Source of the DNA: an uncultured virus (IMG/VR IMGVR_UViG_3300010355_001052)
Taxonomy: Duplodnaviria; Heunggongvirae; Uroviricota; Caudoviricetes
Virus record (IMG/VR): IMGVR_UViG_3300010355_001052
Strand: one strand, 5' to 3'
Length of the DNA: 64,000 nt
The position numbers were made by a program, and so were the translations under genes. The notes under the pieces were generated by a model. It was given only the letters and a program-made list of their open reading frames with translations. It was not told the DNA's origin and made no database searches. Of the stretch, positions 36,797-46,900 are shown piece by piece. The first letter of the stretch is position 1. Each line of letters opens with the position of its first letter.

Positions 36797-37486
36797 TAAT
36801 ATCCATCCTTTACATTTACCTTTTGATATTAAATTTGAAGAATGTAGATTATTATTTCTACAAAATTCATTAAGATTATTAATAGTAATCTGTTTACCTT
36901 CTGGAGATACAAGAATCCAGTTCTTAGTATGAATAGATTTTTGTATATGATCTTGTAAGAGTTCTGGATTACATAACTTTTTTTGCCAGGTTAGTTTATT
37001 AGTTAATGAACTTTTTTCTTTTGTAATGAGAGAAGTAAATTTTCCGTAGTTCCAATGACCCTTACCAGATCTTTTAAGAGACTGTTGTTTTTTTAATTCA
37101 GAAGTTCTCTTTTTACCTAAATTAGCTAAAGAAATTTTATCTTTTGTAATTTGAGATAATTTAACACCTATTCTTGGATGAATAGAGTATCTAATTGCTT
37201 TAGAAATCACTCTATTATTCCATATTTTAGGTTTATCTAAAACTTTAAGTCTAGTTAATACTTTAATCTCCCACATAATAGCATCTTCTTTATTAGAGAA
37301 TTCTTTTCTTACTTGGTAATCAAAAGCTTTTTTACCATATTTTAATATGAGTTCTTTAATAATATTACTTGATGTAAAATATTTAATCCAAAGATCATCA
37401 TTAGGAGAGACTTTATTACCCCAACGTACACCATAATAATGAGTATTATTAATTTTACATTTTATAAGATAAGTGTATGCATTCAT
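36785..37486 (-). CDS. free-standing GIY-YIG homing endonuclease with NUMOD3-like repeats
   Basis: YTYLI...YYGVR...YFTSS; basic repeats TKDKISLAN and HWNYGK; TATTTTTG element at 37491-37498 (- strand). Confidence 0.85.
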   Translation of the reverse strand: MNAYTYLIKCKINNTHYYGVRWGNKVSPNDDLWIKYFTSSNIIKELILKYGKKAFDYQVRKEFSNKEDAIMWEIKVLTRLKVLDKPKIWNNRVISKAIRYSIHPRIGVKLSQITKDKISLANLGKKRTSELKKQQSLKRSGKGHWNYGKFTSLITKEKSSLTNKLTWQKKLCNPELLQDHIQKSIHTKNWILVSPEGKQITINNLNEFCRNNNLHSSNLISKGKCKGWILLKT

Positions 37487-37511
37487 ATTACAAAAATAAT
37501 AAATTTAACTT

Positions 37512-37562
37512 ATGAAAGGACCCAACTACTCTAAACCAGACATTAAAAAAATTATTAACTAA
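37512..37562 (+). pseudogene. stranded 3' end of the MazG-like gene
   Basis: encodes MKGPNYSKPDIKKIIN-stop, aligning to the current end MKSKLYEKPNISGILGL-stop. Confidence 0.75.
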
Positions 37563-37572
37563 AACAAAAACA

Positions 37573-37857
37573 ATGATAAGTCTAAATTTAACACCAGTAT
37601 CAGGGATTATTGTCCTTTCTGGTGTTTATATTTGGGAAAAACTTAATGCAGATAATGAATTAATAGATACGGAAGCACGCTTCCAAATTGAGCTATCATG
37701 GAACAGTGATGTGCTTGTTGGTACAACAATTAAAAGAATACTCTGGATTGATGAAATCCCAATTGAAAAAGCATTACCGGCTGAAGATCAGATAAGAGAA
37801 GCTTATACCAATCTCAGAAGAAAACCAATTGTGCTCTTAGCACAAGAAGATTTTTAA
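37573..37857 (+). CDS. hypothetical protein
   Basis: 94-aa ORF. Confidence 0.6.
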   Translation: MISLNLTPVSGIIVLSGVYIWEKLNADNELIDTEARFQIELSWNSDVLVGTTIKRILWIDEIPIEKALPAEDQIREAYTNLRRKPIVLLAQEDF

Positions 37858-37860
37858 ACT

Positions 37861-38019
37861 ATGAAGAAAACAGCAACATATAAAGAAAAACTGGTCTATA
37901 TATCCTACATCAGTGATACTTATGTTCTGATTTCTTATGATGAAAACTTAACTAAAGTATTTAAAGTAGATTTAAATGACTTGACAGATATCAAATTTGA
38001 TATTAATAAAAACACATAG
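37861..38019 (+). CDS. small hypothetical protein (not in the ORF track)
   Basis: 52 aa, MKKTATYKEK...DINKNT. Confidence 0.5.
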   Translation: MKKTATYKEKLVYISYISDTYVLISYDENLTKVFKVDLNDLTDIKFDINKNT

Positions 38020-38044
38020 GGAGCTTCGGCTCCCTATTTTTTTT
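38016..38044. terminator. terminator at the convergence of the early and late gene blocks
   Basis: ATAGGGAGC-TTCG-GCTCCCTAT plus T-run. Confidence 0.8.
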
Positions 38045-38048
38045 CTCA

Positions 38049-41000
38049 CTACTTGTATGTGTTTTTATAAGGCTCCACACTCTGAATACCTTTGGTAGGA
38101 CTAAGATCACTACCGCTGAATCCAAATATTTTAGCCAAGTGGTTCCAAAGTTTAGCTGATTCTGCTTTTTGCCAAGGGTAAGGTCCAACATCTCTCTTAT
38201 AGTATGCTCCCGGATCTCCAGTACCCATACCATATAAGTCAGCTATAATAGTACCGTATGTTTCTATTGTTGGTCCTGCTGCTATAGAAGAGAAGTTAGT
38301 CACCAGTTTGCTATAATCATCTAGACCATAACCATGAAGTGGAATGAAAGATTCATTTTCTGATTGTACAGCCATAGTTGTTTTTAAAAGGTGCACTCCT
38401 AACCAACCCATGGCCCCATCATCTTCCATAGCTTTTAGTTTCTTAAATCTATCTTCATCATCATCATCATAACCAAATAGAACACTAATAATGAATGTAG
38501 TAACTAAACTTAATACAAAGTCAGCTGCTATTCTTCTCATAGCTTTTCTTTCTCTTGGACTCATTAAAGGCCAGTATTTACCATAAGAAGTAAATAGTCT
38601 ACCCATGGTTTTACCAAATGTGATATAGAACCCTTCATATGTATTAGACAAACCAAAGTTATATCTGTTTTTCTGCCAGCGGGCCATGAACATACTTGTA
38701 AAGTATCTTCTCATAAATGACCATAATCTGAAAGCAAAATACTGCTGAGCTGCAGGGTTCTCAAACTTGGCAAAAGATCCTTGTAACTGGTTAGATGTTT
38801 GGTGTAGTCTATTTACAAATGATAACATTTTTTCTCCACCTACTTCCCAAGATTTATCTATACCCTCTTTAAGTTTCATTTTACCATCAGGTCCTAACTC
38901 AAAAGCTTCTACATATGGTATATAACGCGTGGCACCATTTTCAGTAATCTCTACCATTTGGTGATTCATCATACCTCCAAAGAGTTGAAGACCAGCTTCA
39001 ATTTCCAGGAACCGGCGTGGGCTATAGAAGAATGATAAACTGGCTAAATCTTTTATAAAACTACGTGAAGCTTCACCACCAAATTTATCTTGTCTTTTAC
39101 CTTGAATAGCATCAAAATTTCTGATCATCTGTGTTCTAAGTCCAGTATCTGTAGCACTTTCTACTCCATATAAGTTATTAGTCCATTCAAAGATTGCACC
39201 CTTAGCCCATAGCTTTCCTTTAGCATATGATAAAGTATTCATTTGGGTTTGAGCTAATTCATTATCAGCTTCATTTTTATATGCATGCCCGGCAATAGCT
39301 TCCATATTACTTTGCCACAACATACCCCAGTGGTTTTTTACTGCAGATGAAATGTTAAAGGCAAAGAATGAGAAAGAGGCTCCTTGCATTAAACTACTAG
39401 TCCATTTATTTAACCAGTTTAATTCATTGTCACCATAAATCTCACCTTTAAATTCCCGGTTATAAATATGCTCAAATAGATCTCTTCTTCTATTTTTATC
39501 ACCTTTTTTATCAAGATATCTAACTATATTTCTTTGGTCAAAATGATCTTGATTAGCTCTAGTCATATCTTTAAGATGACTTCTCTCATCAGATAAAACG
39601 TTTTTAATACTTTTTGCTATAGGATTTATTTCAATTAGAGCTTTTTGTTTTTCAGCACTAGATAAATACTTAGCCATTCCACTGAGAACATCTTTTGATA
39701 TTAAATCATTAGGAAGATTGCTAAGACCATGGATAGGAATCTGATCTATATCATCTCTTTCCATACCTACTTTAACAAACTTCATGATTGGTAAGTCAGC
39801 TACTTCTTCTATAACAGCATTACCTAATCCTCTTTCAAAGTCATCTTCTTCTCTAGATGCATCAGTAGAAGCAGCCTTACCTTTTCTCATGATATAAGCA
39901 CCTACACCTTGGGTAACCTTACTGAAAGTTCTAGTTTTTTCTGTGATGTATTTCTTATTAGCCATTAACTCATAATTATCCATACGGAATCTAGGGATGT
40001 CCATATAAAGTTTTGAGTCTCTACCTAATCCTTTCTGAGTATCTAATTGATTTGCGGTTACTTTTTTAAGAAGGTTAAACTTATCCGGAGAATTTTTCTT
40101 CATATCATAATATGCCTCATTGATATAAGTTGCATCCGGAGCAGTTTCTATAGTATCCATTTTTCCTGTTACTGGATTTAGGACCTGAGATTCATAACTC
40201 TTAGGTAAATAATTACCCATATTATCTATGACAATACCAACATAAGCTTGTTTTTGCTCTGTTGTTAAACCAACTGGAATAGTTCTGAACTCATTCTTTA
40301 CACGTCTATAAGAAAATCTAGTTCCTGGTTCACCTTCAAATTCTCTTTCTTCTCCTGTGATGGGATCTTTAAGAGTGAATTTTTGAATGTATTTAGAATT
40401 ATTTGGTTTAGTTACACTCCATGCATATAACCTTTCCCATTTAACTATTCTTTTATTTTCAGAGAAAGAAAAATACTCAGTTTTAGTATGGTTTTTAAGG
40501 AACCATTCTTTGAATTTAGCATCTTTGTTTAGTAGTGGAATAATCACATCGCTATCTAAAAGATTAGATGCAGTGGTTTTATCTACACTAGGTTGATTTA
40601 ATACATTCATATATGTATTAACTACAGTTAGATAATCATCTGTGGGTTCTTTAAACTGAATCTGATTCAATTGTTTAAATAAACCTTTAAGAGTTTCCTG
40701 ATCAAATTTAGTAATAGGTAATGCTCCTTGTTTAGCATTTAGTTCTTTAAGTCTAGCTAAATCAACTGGACCTAAATGACCATTATTAAGTTCAGCTTTA
40801 TTTTGTAATTGAGAATACTCTTCCATCTCATCTACACTCATACCGGTAAATAAAGAAAGTTTCTCTTTAGCTTTATTAATACCATCTTGATATTTATGCA
40901 TTTGAGAAAGTCTCTTTTCTCCCATGTCTGAAGCTACAGGTTGACCTTCTTCATTTCTAAATCCGGATACTAAATCAATAATATATGTAAAAGCATCACT

Positions 41001-43922
41001 GACATCTAGATTCTCAATGTCATTAATACTTATACCGGCTGCTTTAAGTTTGGCTTTGTATTCAGGACTGTCAAGTTTATTTTTAAGATCAGTTGTGATA
41101 GTTTTAATCCTATCTAGAATATTAGCTCTTTCAGAATACCACTCTGGTTTATAAGCCATTTTAGTATTCTTTACAATCCACCCTTTAGGTCCGTAGATAG
41201 CTTCATTAATCTCATCAGGAGTTAACCCCTTTACTTGCATTTGCTCTACAACATTACCTAAAGCTTTTTGCATAGCACCTTCTAAAGGTACACGCTCATA
41301 GAACTTTTGAGTAGCTTGTCTATGTCTACGTAATAATGTAGCTTTAGCTAATGCATCACCTTCTTTAGGTGTACCGTCTTCATGTGATAGAGAATACAGT
41401 TGGTTATATTTTCTCCACAATAATGTATGGTTATCATGTTCTAAGAAATCTTCATATTCATTATTAACACCTCTTTCTCTAGAAATTTCTTCTAGAATAA
41501 GCTCGCGTTCTAACCAGGCTTGATCACCATGTGGTTCATTGAATATTTCCTCTGTTTTATAAAATTCAGATTTATATTTTTGGTGAAAGTATTTACGCTC
41601 ATAATCTCTAATTTCTTTTGCTTTGGCAGCCAGCTCTTCTTTAGTAGCTGTATCTTTCATTAAAGCAAATTCATTATACTTTTTACGTTTCTCATATCTC
41701 CAGTTTTTTACTGGATTTAAAAATGTAAATATTTTTTTCTCTTTCATTTCTCCTGATGCAGGATCATATTCAAAAGAACTATCTTCAAACATGTAGTCAT
41801 TCCAGAACTTGGTATTATTTGCACTGTATCCTGTTTTTTTAAGATCCGGTGCAATGTCTCTCATAAAATCCTGAAACTTATTTTCAGCATTTCTATCTGC
41901 TCTGAGGTAAGCTTCTTTAAGAATTAAACCAAATCCACCTATTACAGGGTCATCTATATTTAATATACCTTCTAGTTCTTTATTCCACCAGGTAAGATCT
42001 TTAGTTTCTCCAGATAATATTTGTCTTAACTTTTCATCTGTGATTTCTAACTCTGCATATTCTTTATCTTCTTGATCAATAGCCTTAAGAATAACATCTT
42101 TTTCAAGATTAGATTTAGCTTTGCCTAGTTTTTCCTGTAAACTTTCTAATCTTCTAACATGTTCTCGGGCCATGTTAATTTGCATTTGTTTTAATGCATC
42201 AGTTAGAATAGGAATTACATCTCTTTTTTCTATATTGTAAACTCTTTCTTTAGCTAGCTTAATGGTATTAAGAACATTACCCATTTCACTAACCATCATT
42301 GAATCAGAAGGTAATCCACTAGACATTAAATCTTTGATACCTTCTTCTAAAAATTTACTCCATTTATCAAATAAATTTAAATAGTGATGTACATGATTTA
42401 AAGTTTCTTTTCCATTTTCAGCTGCAGTACTTTCAAGTTCCTGGATATTTTTACTGATCTTATCCATTACAGTTTTAAGAGTAAATACAGCATTTAAAAC
42501 TGCTTGTACTTTTTCTTTTGTCTGCAGCATGTTGTTAAGAGCTTCAGTCTTTTCATCTACTTTATCTTTAGTAGTATGTTTATTTAATGCATTTGCTAAA
42601 TCATTTAATAAACCTTTACCACTTTCAGCTGATAACTCTTCTTGAATTGCTTTGTATTTATATGACTCTATAGCTCCTTTAGTTACTGTTGTAGTAGTAT
42701 AGAAACTATCAATTACATATTGAAGGTGTTTTCTCTTAGGATCATTATCAAATTGATTAGTCATCTCATTTAACTGCTCCGTAGAAACCTTCTTGAACAT
42801 AGCTATATCCTGTTCTGTAACACCAGCTTTATCAATGATAAAGTCCTTGTTAGTCAACATGTTAGCAAGTTCATCTAAAGTAGTAGTTGAACTAAGATTT
42901 TTTACATTTACTTTACCAAATGTCTTTCTGAATAACTGTTTTAATTGGTATAGTAATTCTTTGATAAATGTAGCAAAACCTTTAGATGCTGGTGTAGCTG
43001 TATTCTCAACAGTACTTTTATTGGTAATTAACTCTGCAGCATTAGCTAATGCATGTACTACAACTTCTTCTATGAATCTATCATCATTAGGAGTAAGTTC
43101 CGGGTACATTAGTTTAACCTCATTAATTAAAGCTTGTCCTTCTGGAGTTGCTTCAAGTTGAGTATATAGATTATTGAATAATGCTTTATTATTCAACGCT
43201 AACATCCTTACTAGAGGATGAGCAAACTCATGTAGTACACTATTTAAATCTGCTTTACCAGATACTAAATAAATCTTACCACCTAAGAAAAATGCCGGTT
43301 GATTATGATAAGGAGTTTGAGTTTTAGCTAGAATATCAAATGCTTGGTCAGAAGTTACCATCTCATATGATAATCCAAATTGATTAGAAAGCTTGTCAGC
43401 CATCTTAATCATTATCTCCTCTGCTCTGGTTTTATTATGGATATCATAAAAATCATCTGGAGTCTCAACAAGAAGATTATCATCACCATATTTTAAGAAA
43501 TCAGAAACAACTGCATCACCTAAATCTTGACCAGATGTTGCTTCTACAAACTCACTAAACTTTTTAGCACTTTCTTTTTCAGTTTTAGTTATTGGTTCTA
43601 ATCCTAATTTAGATGATAGATTATTGGTTATTGCCCACTGTTTAAACAACTCATCATTATATACATCTTCTTTTGAAACTCTTAATAATTCTAGTGGTGT
43701 TGTAGCAAGTGTCGCTTTCATACGGTACTCTCTAGGAGAATACTGTGTTAAAAGTAAAGATGCTTCTTGAGGTTTTTGATCTACCATCATAAGGAAAGCA
43801 CCCTCTAATGGAGTTACAGTCTCACCTTTGGATCTTATCCATGATTTCCAGGCTTCATCCGGACCTAATACATCTTCAAGATTTTTCCATTCCGGGGTAT
43901 TTACATTTGGACAAACACTCAT
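38049..43922 (-). CDS. large virion/ejected polyvalent protein with zincin-like motif
   Basis: 1957 aa; HEFAH with downstream EE; directly downstream of the RNAP gene. Confidence 0.75.
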   Translation of the reverse strand: MSVCPNVNTPEWKNLEDVLGPDEAWKSWIRSKGETVTPLEGAFLMMVDQKPQEASLLLTQYSPREYRMKATLATTPLELLRVSKEDVYNDELFKQWAITNNLSSKLGLEPITKTEKESAKKFSEFVEATSGQDLGDAVVSDFLKYGDDNLLVETPDDFYDIHNKTRAEEIMIKMADKLSNQFGLSYEMVTSDQAFDILAKTQTPYHNQPAFFLGGKIYLVSGKADLNSVLHEFAHPLVRMLALNNKALFNNLYTQLEATPEGQALINEVKLMYPELTPNDDRFIEEVVVHALANAAELITNKSTVENTATPASKGFATFIKELLYQLKQLFRKTFGKVNVKNLSSTTTLDELANMLTNKDFIIDKAGVTEQDIAMFKKVSTEQLNEMTNQFDNDPKRKHLQYVIDSFYTTTTVTKGAIESYKYKAIQEELSAESGKGLLNDLANALNKHTTKDKVDEKTEALNNMLQTKEKVQAVLNAVFTLKTVMDKISKNIQELESTAAENGKETLNHVHHYLNLFDKWSKFLEEGIKDLMSSGLPSDSMMVSEMGNVLNTIKLAKERVYNIEKRDVIPILTDALKQMQINMAREHVRRLESLQEKLGKAKSNLEKDVILKAIDQEDKEYAELEITDEKLRQILSGETKDLTWWNKELEGILNIDDPVIGGFGLILKEAYLRADRNAENKFQDFMRDIAPDLKKTGYSANNTKFWNDYMFEDSSFEYDPASGEMKEKKIFTFLNPVKNWRYEKRKKYNEFALMKDTATKEELAAKAKEIRDYERKYFHQKYKSEFYKTEEIFNEPHGDQAWLERELILEEISRERGVNNEYEDFLEHDNHTLLWRKYNQLYSLSHEDGTPKEGDALAKATLLRRHRQATQKFYERVPLEGAMQKALGNVVEQMQVKGLTPDEINEAIYGPKGWIVKNTKMAYKPEWYSERANILDRIKTITTDLKNKLDSPEYKAKLKAAGISINDIENLDVSDAFTYIIDLVSGFRNEEGQPVASDMGEKRLSQMHKYQDGINKAKEKLSLFTGMSVDEMEEYSQLQNKAELNNGHLGPVDLARLKELNAKQGALPITKFDQETLKGLFKQLNQIQFKEPTDDYLTVVNTYMNVLNQPSVDKTTASNLLDSDVIIPLLNKDAKFKEWFLKNHTKTEYFSFSENKRIVKWERLYAWSVTKPNNSKYIQKFTLKDPITGEEREFEGEPGTRFSYRRVKNEFRTIPVGLTTEQKQAYVGIVIDNMGNYLPKSYESQVLNPVTGKMDTIETAPDATYINEAYYDMKKNSPDKFNLLKKVTANQLDTQKGLGRDSKLYMDIPRFRMDNYELMANKKYITEKTRTFSKVTQGVGAYIMRKGKAASTDASREEDDFERGLGNAVIEEVADLPIMKFVKVGMERDDIDQIPIHGLSNLPNDLISKDVLSGMAKYLSSAEKQKALIEINPIAKSIKNVLSDERSHLKDMTRANQDHFDQRNIVRYLDKKGDKNRRRDLFEHIYNREFKGEIYGDNELNWLNKWTSSLMQGASFSFFAFNISSAVKNHWGMLWQSNMEAIAGHAYKNEADNELAQTQMNTLSYAKGKLWAKGAIFEWTNNLYGVESATDTGLRTQMIRNFDAIQGKRQDKFGGEASRSFIKDLASLSFFYSPRRFLEIEAGLQLFGGMMNHQMVEITENGATRYIPYVEAFELGPDGKMKLKEGIDKSWEVGGEKMLSFVNRLHQTSNQLQGSFAKFENPAAQQYFAFRLWSFMRRYFTSMFMARWQKNRYNFGLSNTYEGFYITFGKTMGRLFTSYGKYWPLMSPRERKAMRRIAADFVLSLVTTFIISVLFGYDDDDEDRFKKLKAMEDDGAMGWLGVHLLKTTMAVQSENESFIPLHGYGLDDYSKLVTNFSSIAAGPTIETYGTIIADLYGMGTGDPGAYYKRDVGPYPWQKAESAKLWNHLAKIFGFSGSDLSPTKGIQSVEPYKNTYK

Positions 43923-46900
43923 GATATTAGGCAGCTGTTTTTAAGGTTAATATAATCTTCATCAGTTACAACTTGTTGGTTGATAATGATCTCCATTACT
44001 GAAGGTACATTCTCTGAACCAGGGTTGACATAACCAAAGTTAGTGTATAATTCCTTAGATAGGTACTCAAATACCTCTTTTTGAGCAGTACTATCTGTAT
44101 ATCTAAGATCCTGACCATATCCTCGCTCACTGAACACTATACTCTTTCCTGATTTTTGTAACTCAATTAATCTATCAAGATCTTCTTTAATGAATCCTTT
44201 AACTAGCTCTACACCTTTAGAATCAGTTGGTGTAAATGCTTTTGATATATCTTTTAATGTTCTGATACCACTTGAATTTACATGGTAACTAAAGTTAATA
44301 GTAGGATTAGCAGTAGACTGTCTATCAACAATACTCTTCATTAAAGGAAAGTTATTGTTCTTTTTAGCTTCAGCTCTTGTATAGATATCATCATAAACAA
44401 AAATAGCATTTGGATTAGCATTAGCTAATTCAGTTACTCTTTCTTTATTTAGATACTGGAATACACGTTTTGATTGACCTTTCTCATCTACACCTTCAGT
44501 AACAACACTTTCTAATAATCTATAAGTGAACTCTCTATTTGTAGGTAAAAGGAAAGGTGAATAAGCTACTGTACTTTGTACTCGAGATCCTTCTAATAAT
44601 GCTAAAGGTGTAGTATCATAAAGGTAATTCATAAACTTACCTCTATTAGCTACATTCTCTAAAGAGTTAAGATTCACAAAACTAGACCAATATCTATTTA
44701 GTACTTCTACCGGCGCTACTTGAATCATATCAGTATTTGGTACCGGTTTAATAATAAATGCATTTGAATTAGCTAAAACTTTAGCATGTTGTTGTGAACC
44801 TTCTTTAATGGTTTGCCACTTCAAGAAATTATTAAATGCTCTAATAGGTTCTTCCATGATATTCATGAAATCTCCATAAGGAACAACATTAGTAAAACTA
44901 AACTCACCTTTACTCATACCAGATTGCATAAAGGCAAATAGAGGTAATGCTCTGAAATAAGAACTGATCTTATCATTCTCAGACTTATCTTTTACTTTTA
45001 TTACAGTTGGGTCAGCAAGTTTCTTTAATGCATCATGATAACTTGTAGCTGTATCAGCATCCATGTCTCTTTGATCTTTCAATAAGATATTAGTCAAGCC
45101 TTTTAAACCTTCTTGTGGTCTATCACTTACTCTAATTGCAAACTGACCTAGAATAGGATACTCTTGGGTTAAGTGTTCATTGTTCTTAATTATGTCAAGT
45201 AACTGTTGACCCATTGATGAAGTCTTGCTGTAGAAAATCTTCTTGAAATTCTGAGTATTATCCAGGGCTAGATTTCTTAAGAACATTTCATATGCACCAC
45301 TTGTTATTCTAGTATTATAATCTGATTCAGATTCTTTTTCATCTCTAGTTGTACTAGTTTTAACATTATTCAATAAAGTCTTAAAGTTCTGATCATCTTT
45401 TGCTTTACTCATTGGCAACATGTATCTTAGATACTCGCGCTCAATTACAAAATTTGTATACTCTTTTTTACTTTGGTTACCTTTAAAAGTAAAGTAAGCT
45501 ACCGGCACCTCAGCTAAACCTCTTTCACCATATGAACCGGCACCAGATTTTTGTGCAAATACTTGAGTATTCCAATCTTTTTCTAATTGAACTTGGTCAA
45601 TATAGATATAAGGAATTCCTTTATCTTCTTTAACTAAAACACCAGCATTAAGTTTATCTACATATTGTACAGGAACTTTATCAGTTGATTTCATTCCCTT
45701 ATAAATATCTGAAGATCCTAATTCAAAACTCTTAATGTAGTTTTGGAACATGAATAACATGAAGTTATTCTTAAACTCAGATGCAATTTTATCTATTTTC
45801 CAACCAGTTTTTTTACTGATTTGTTTGATCAAGTCTTTATCAAGTGCTTTTTGTACTAAGAACTCATTAACAACATCATTGTTTTTAGTTTTAAAGAATC
45901 TACCCCATAACTTTTGTTGGAAATTCTGGATACGGAAACTACTAATGATACTCTCATCTAAGTATCTATTTATAAGTGATGTCTCTAATCCTTCTTCATT
46001 ATGAAGGTTTTCAATATTAACCTCTCTTAATTTAGCATCAAATAATGTAGCATCCTTCTTAGTATCCACATTAGTTTTAAGACGTAGATTTTTAGTACCA
46101 GATGTAAACTTTTCTATTTGAAGAAAGTGTAAAAATGCAGCTACAGTTTCTTTACTATTTTCTGGTAATCCAGCATCTTTATTAACTGTATAACTATTAG
46201 TAGCAACAATCTTTTCTAATGTTTTAATTGGAAGGCCACCTATTTCAGTCATTAAACTGTCTATAGTTTTGTATAGATTTAGTTTAGTAGGTACTCTTTT
46301 TAAACCGGTAGATTTACTTAAGTTATATTTAGCCCATATATTTTGAACTGCTATTGACTTAATTAAGCTAGTGTCTACTTCATTAGTTTCTTCATTAATA
46401 GGTTCTGTTTTTAATGGACCAGCAAATATACCTTTAGCCTTTCTTTGTTCTCTAACATATTCTCTTACTAAAGGGTTAGATACAAAGTAAGCTGCTTCTC
46501 TGAATGGTGTACCTGCTTCTACTAGAGATAGTAGAATTGGTAGTACTTCCGGGTTACCTTGAATATAAGCTACCCATGCATCTTTCTCCACATCCACAAA
46601 ACCATTCATAAGCTGTGAAATGATATCTGCTATTTTGGTTGTTCCAGTAGTATCATAAATATGTGACATAGATATTCTATCACCTACTTTATTATGATTT
46701 AAATACAAAGTCACCGGCATCTCTTCCATTTCTAATTTGCCTTCAGCATTTTTTACAAGGAAAGACATTGTAGGTGGTAAAGATCCACCAATTCTAGTGT
46801 AAGTAGTATTAGCTGGGTTAGTAATAGCAGCAATACCTAATGATGTTTTACCAATATTATTATCTTGATGTTTATCAAGAACAAACATAGGTTCAAGAAC

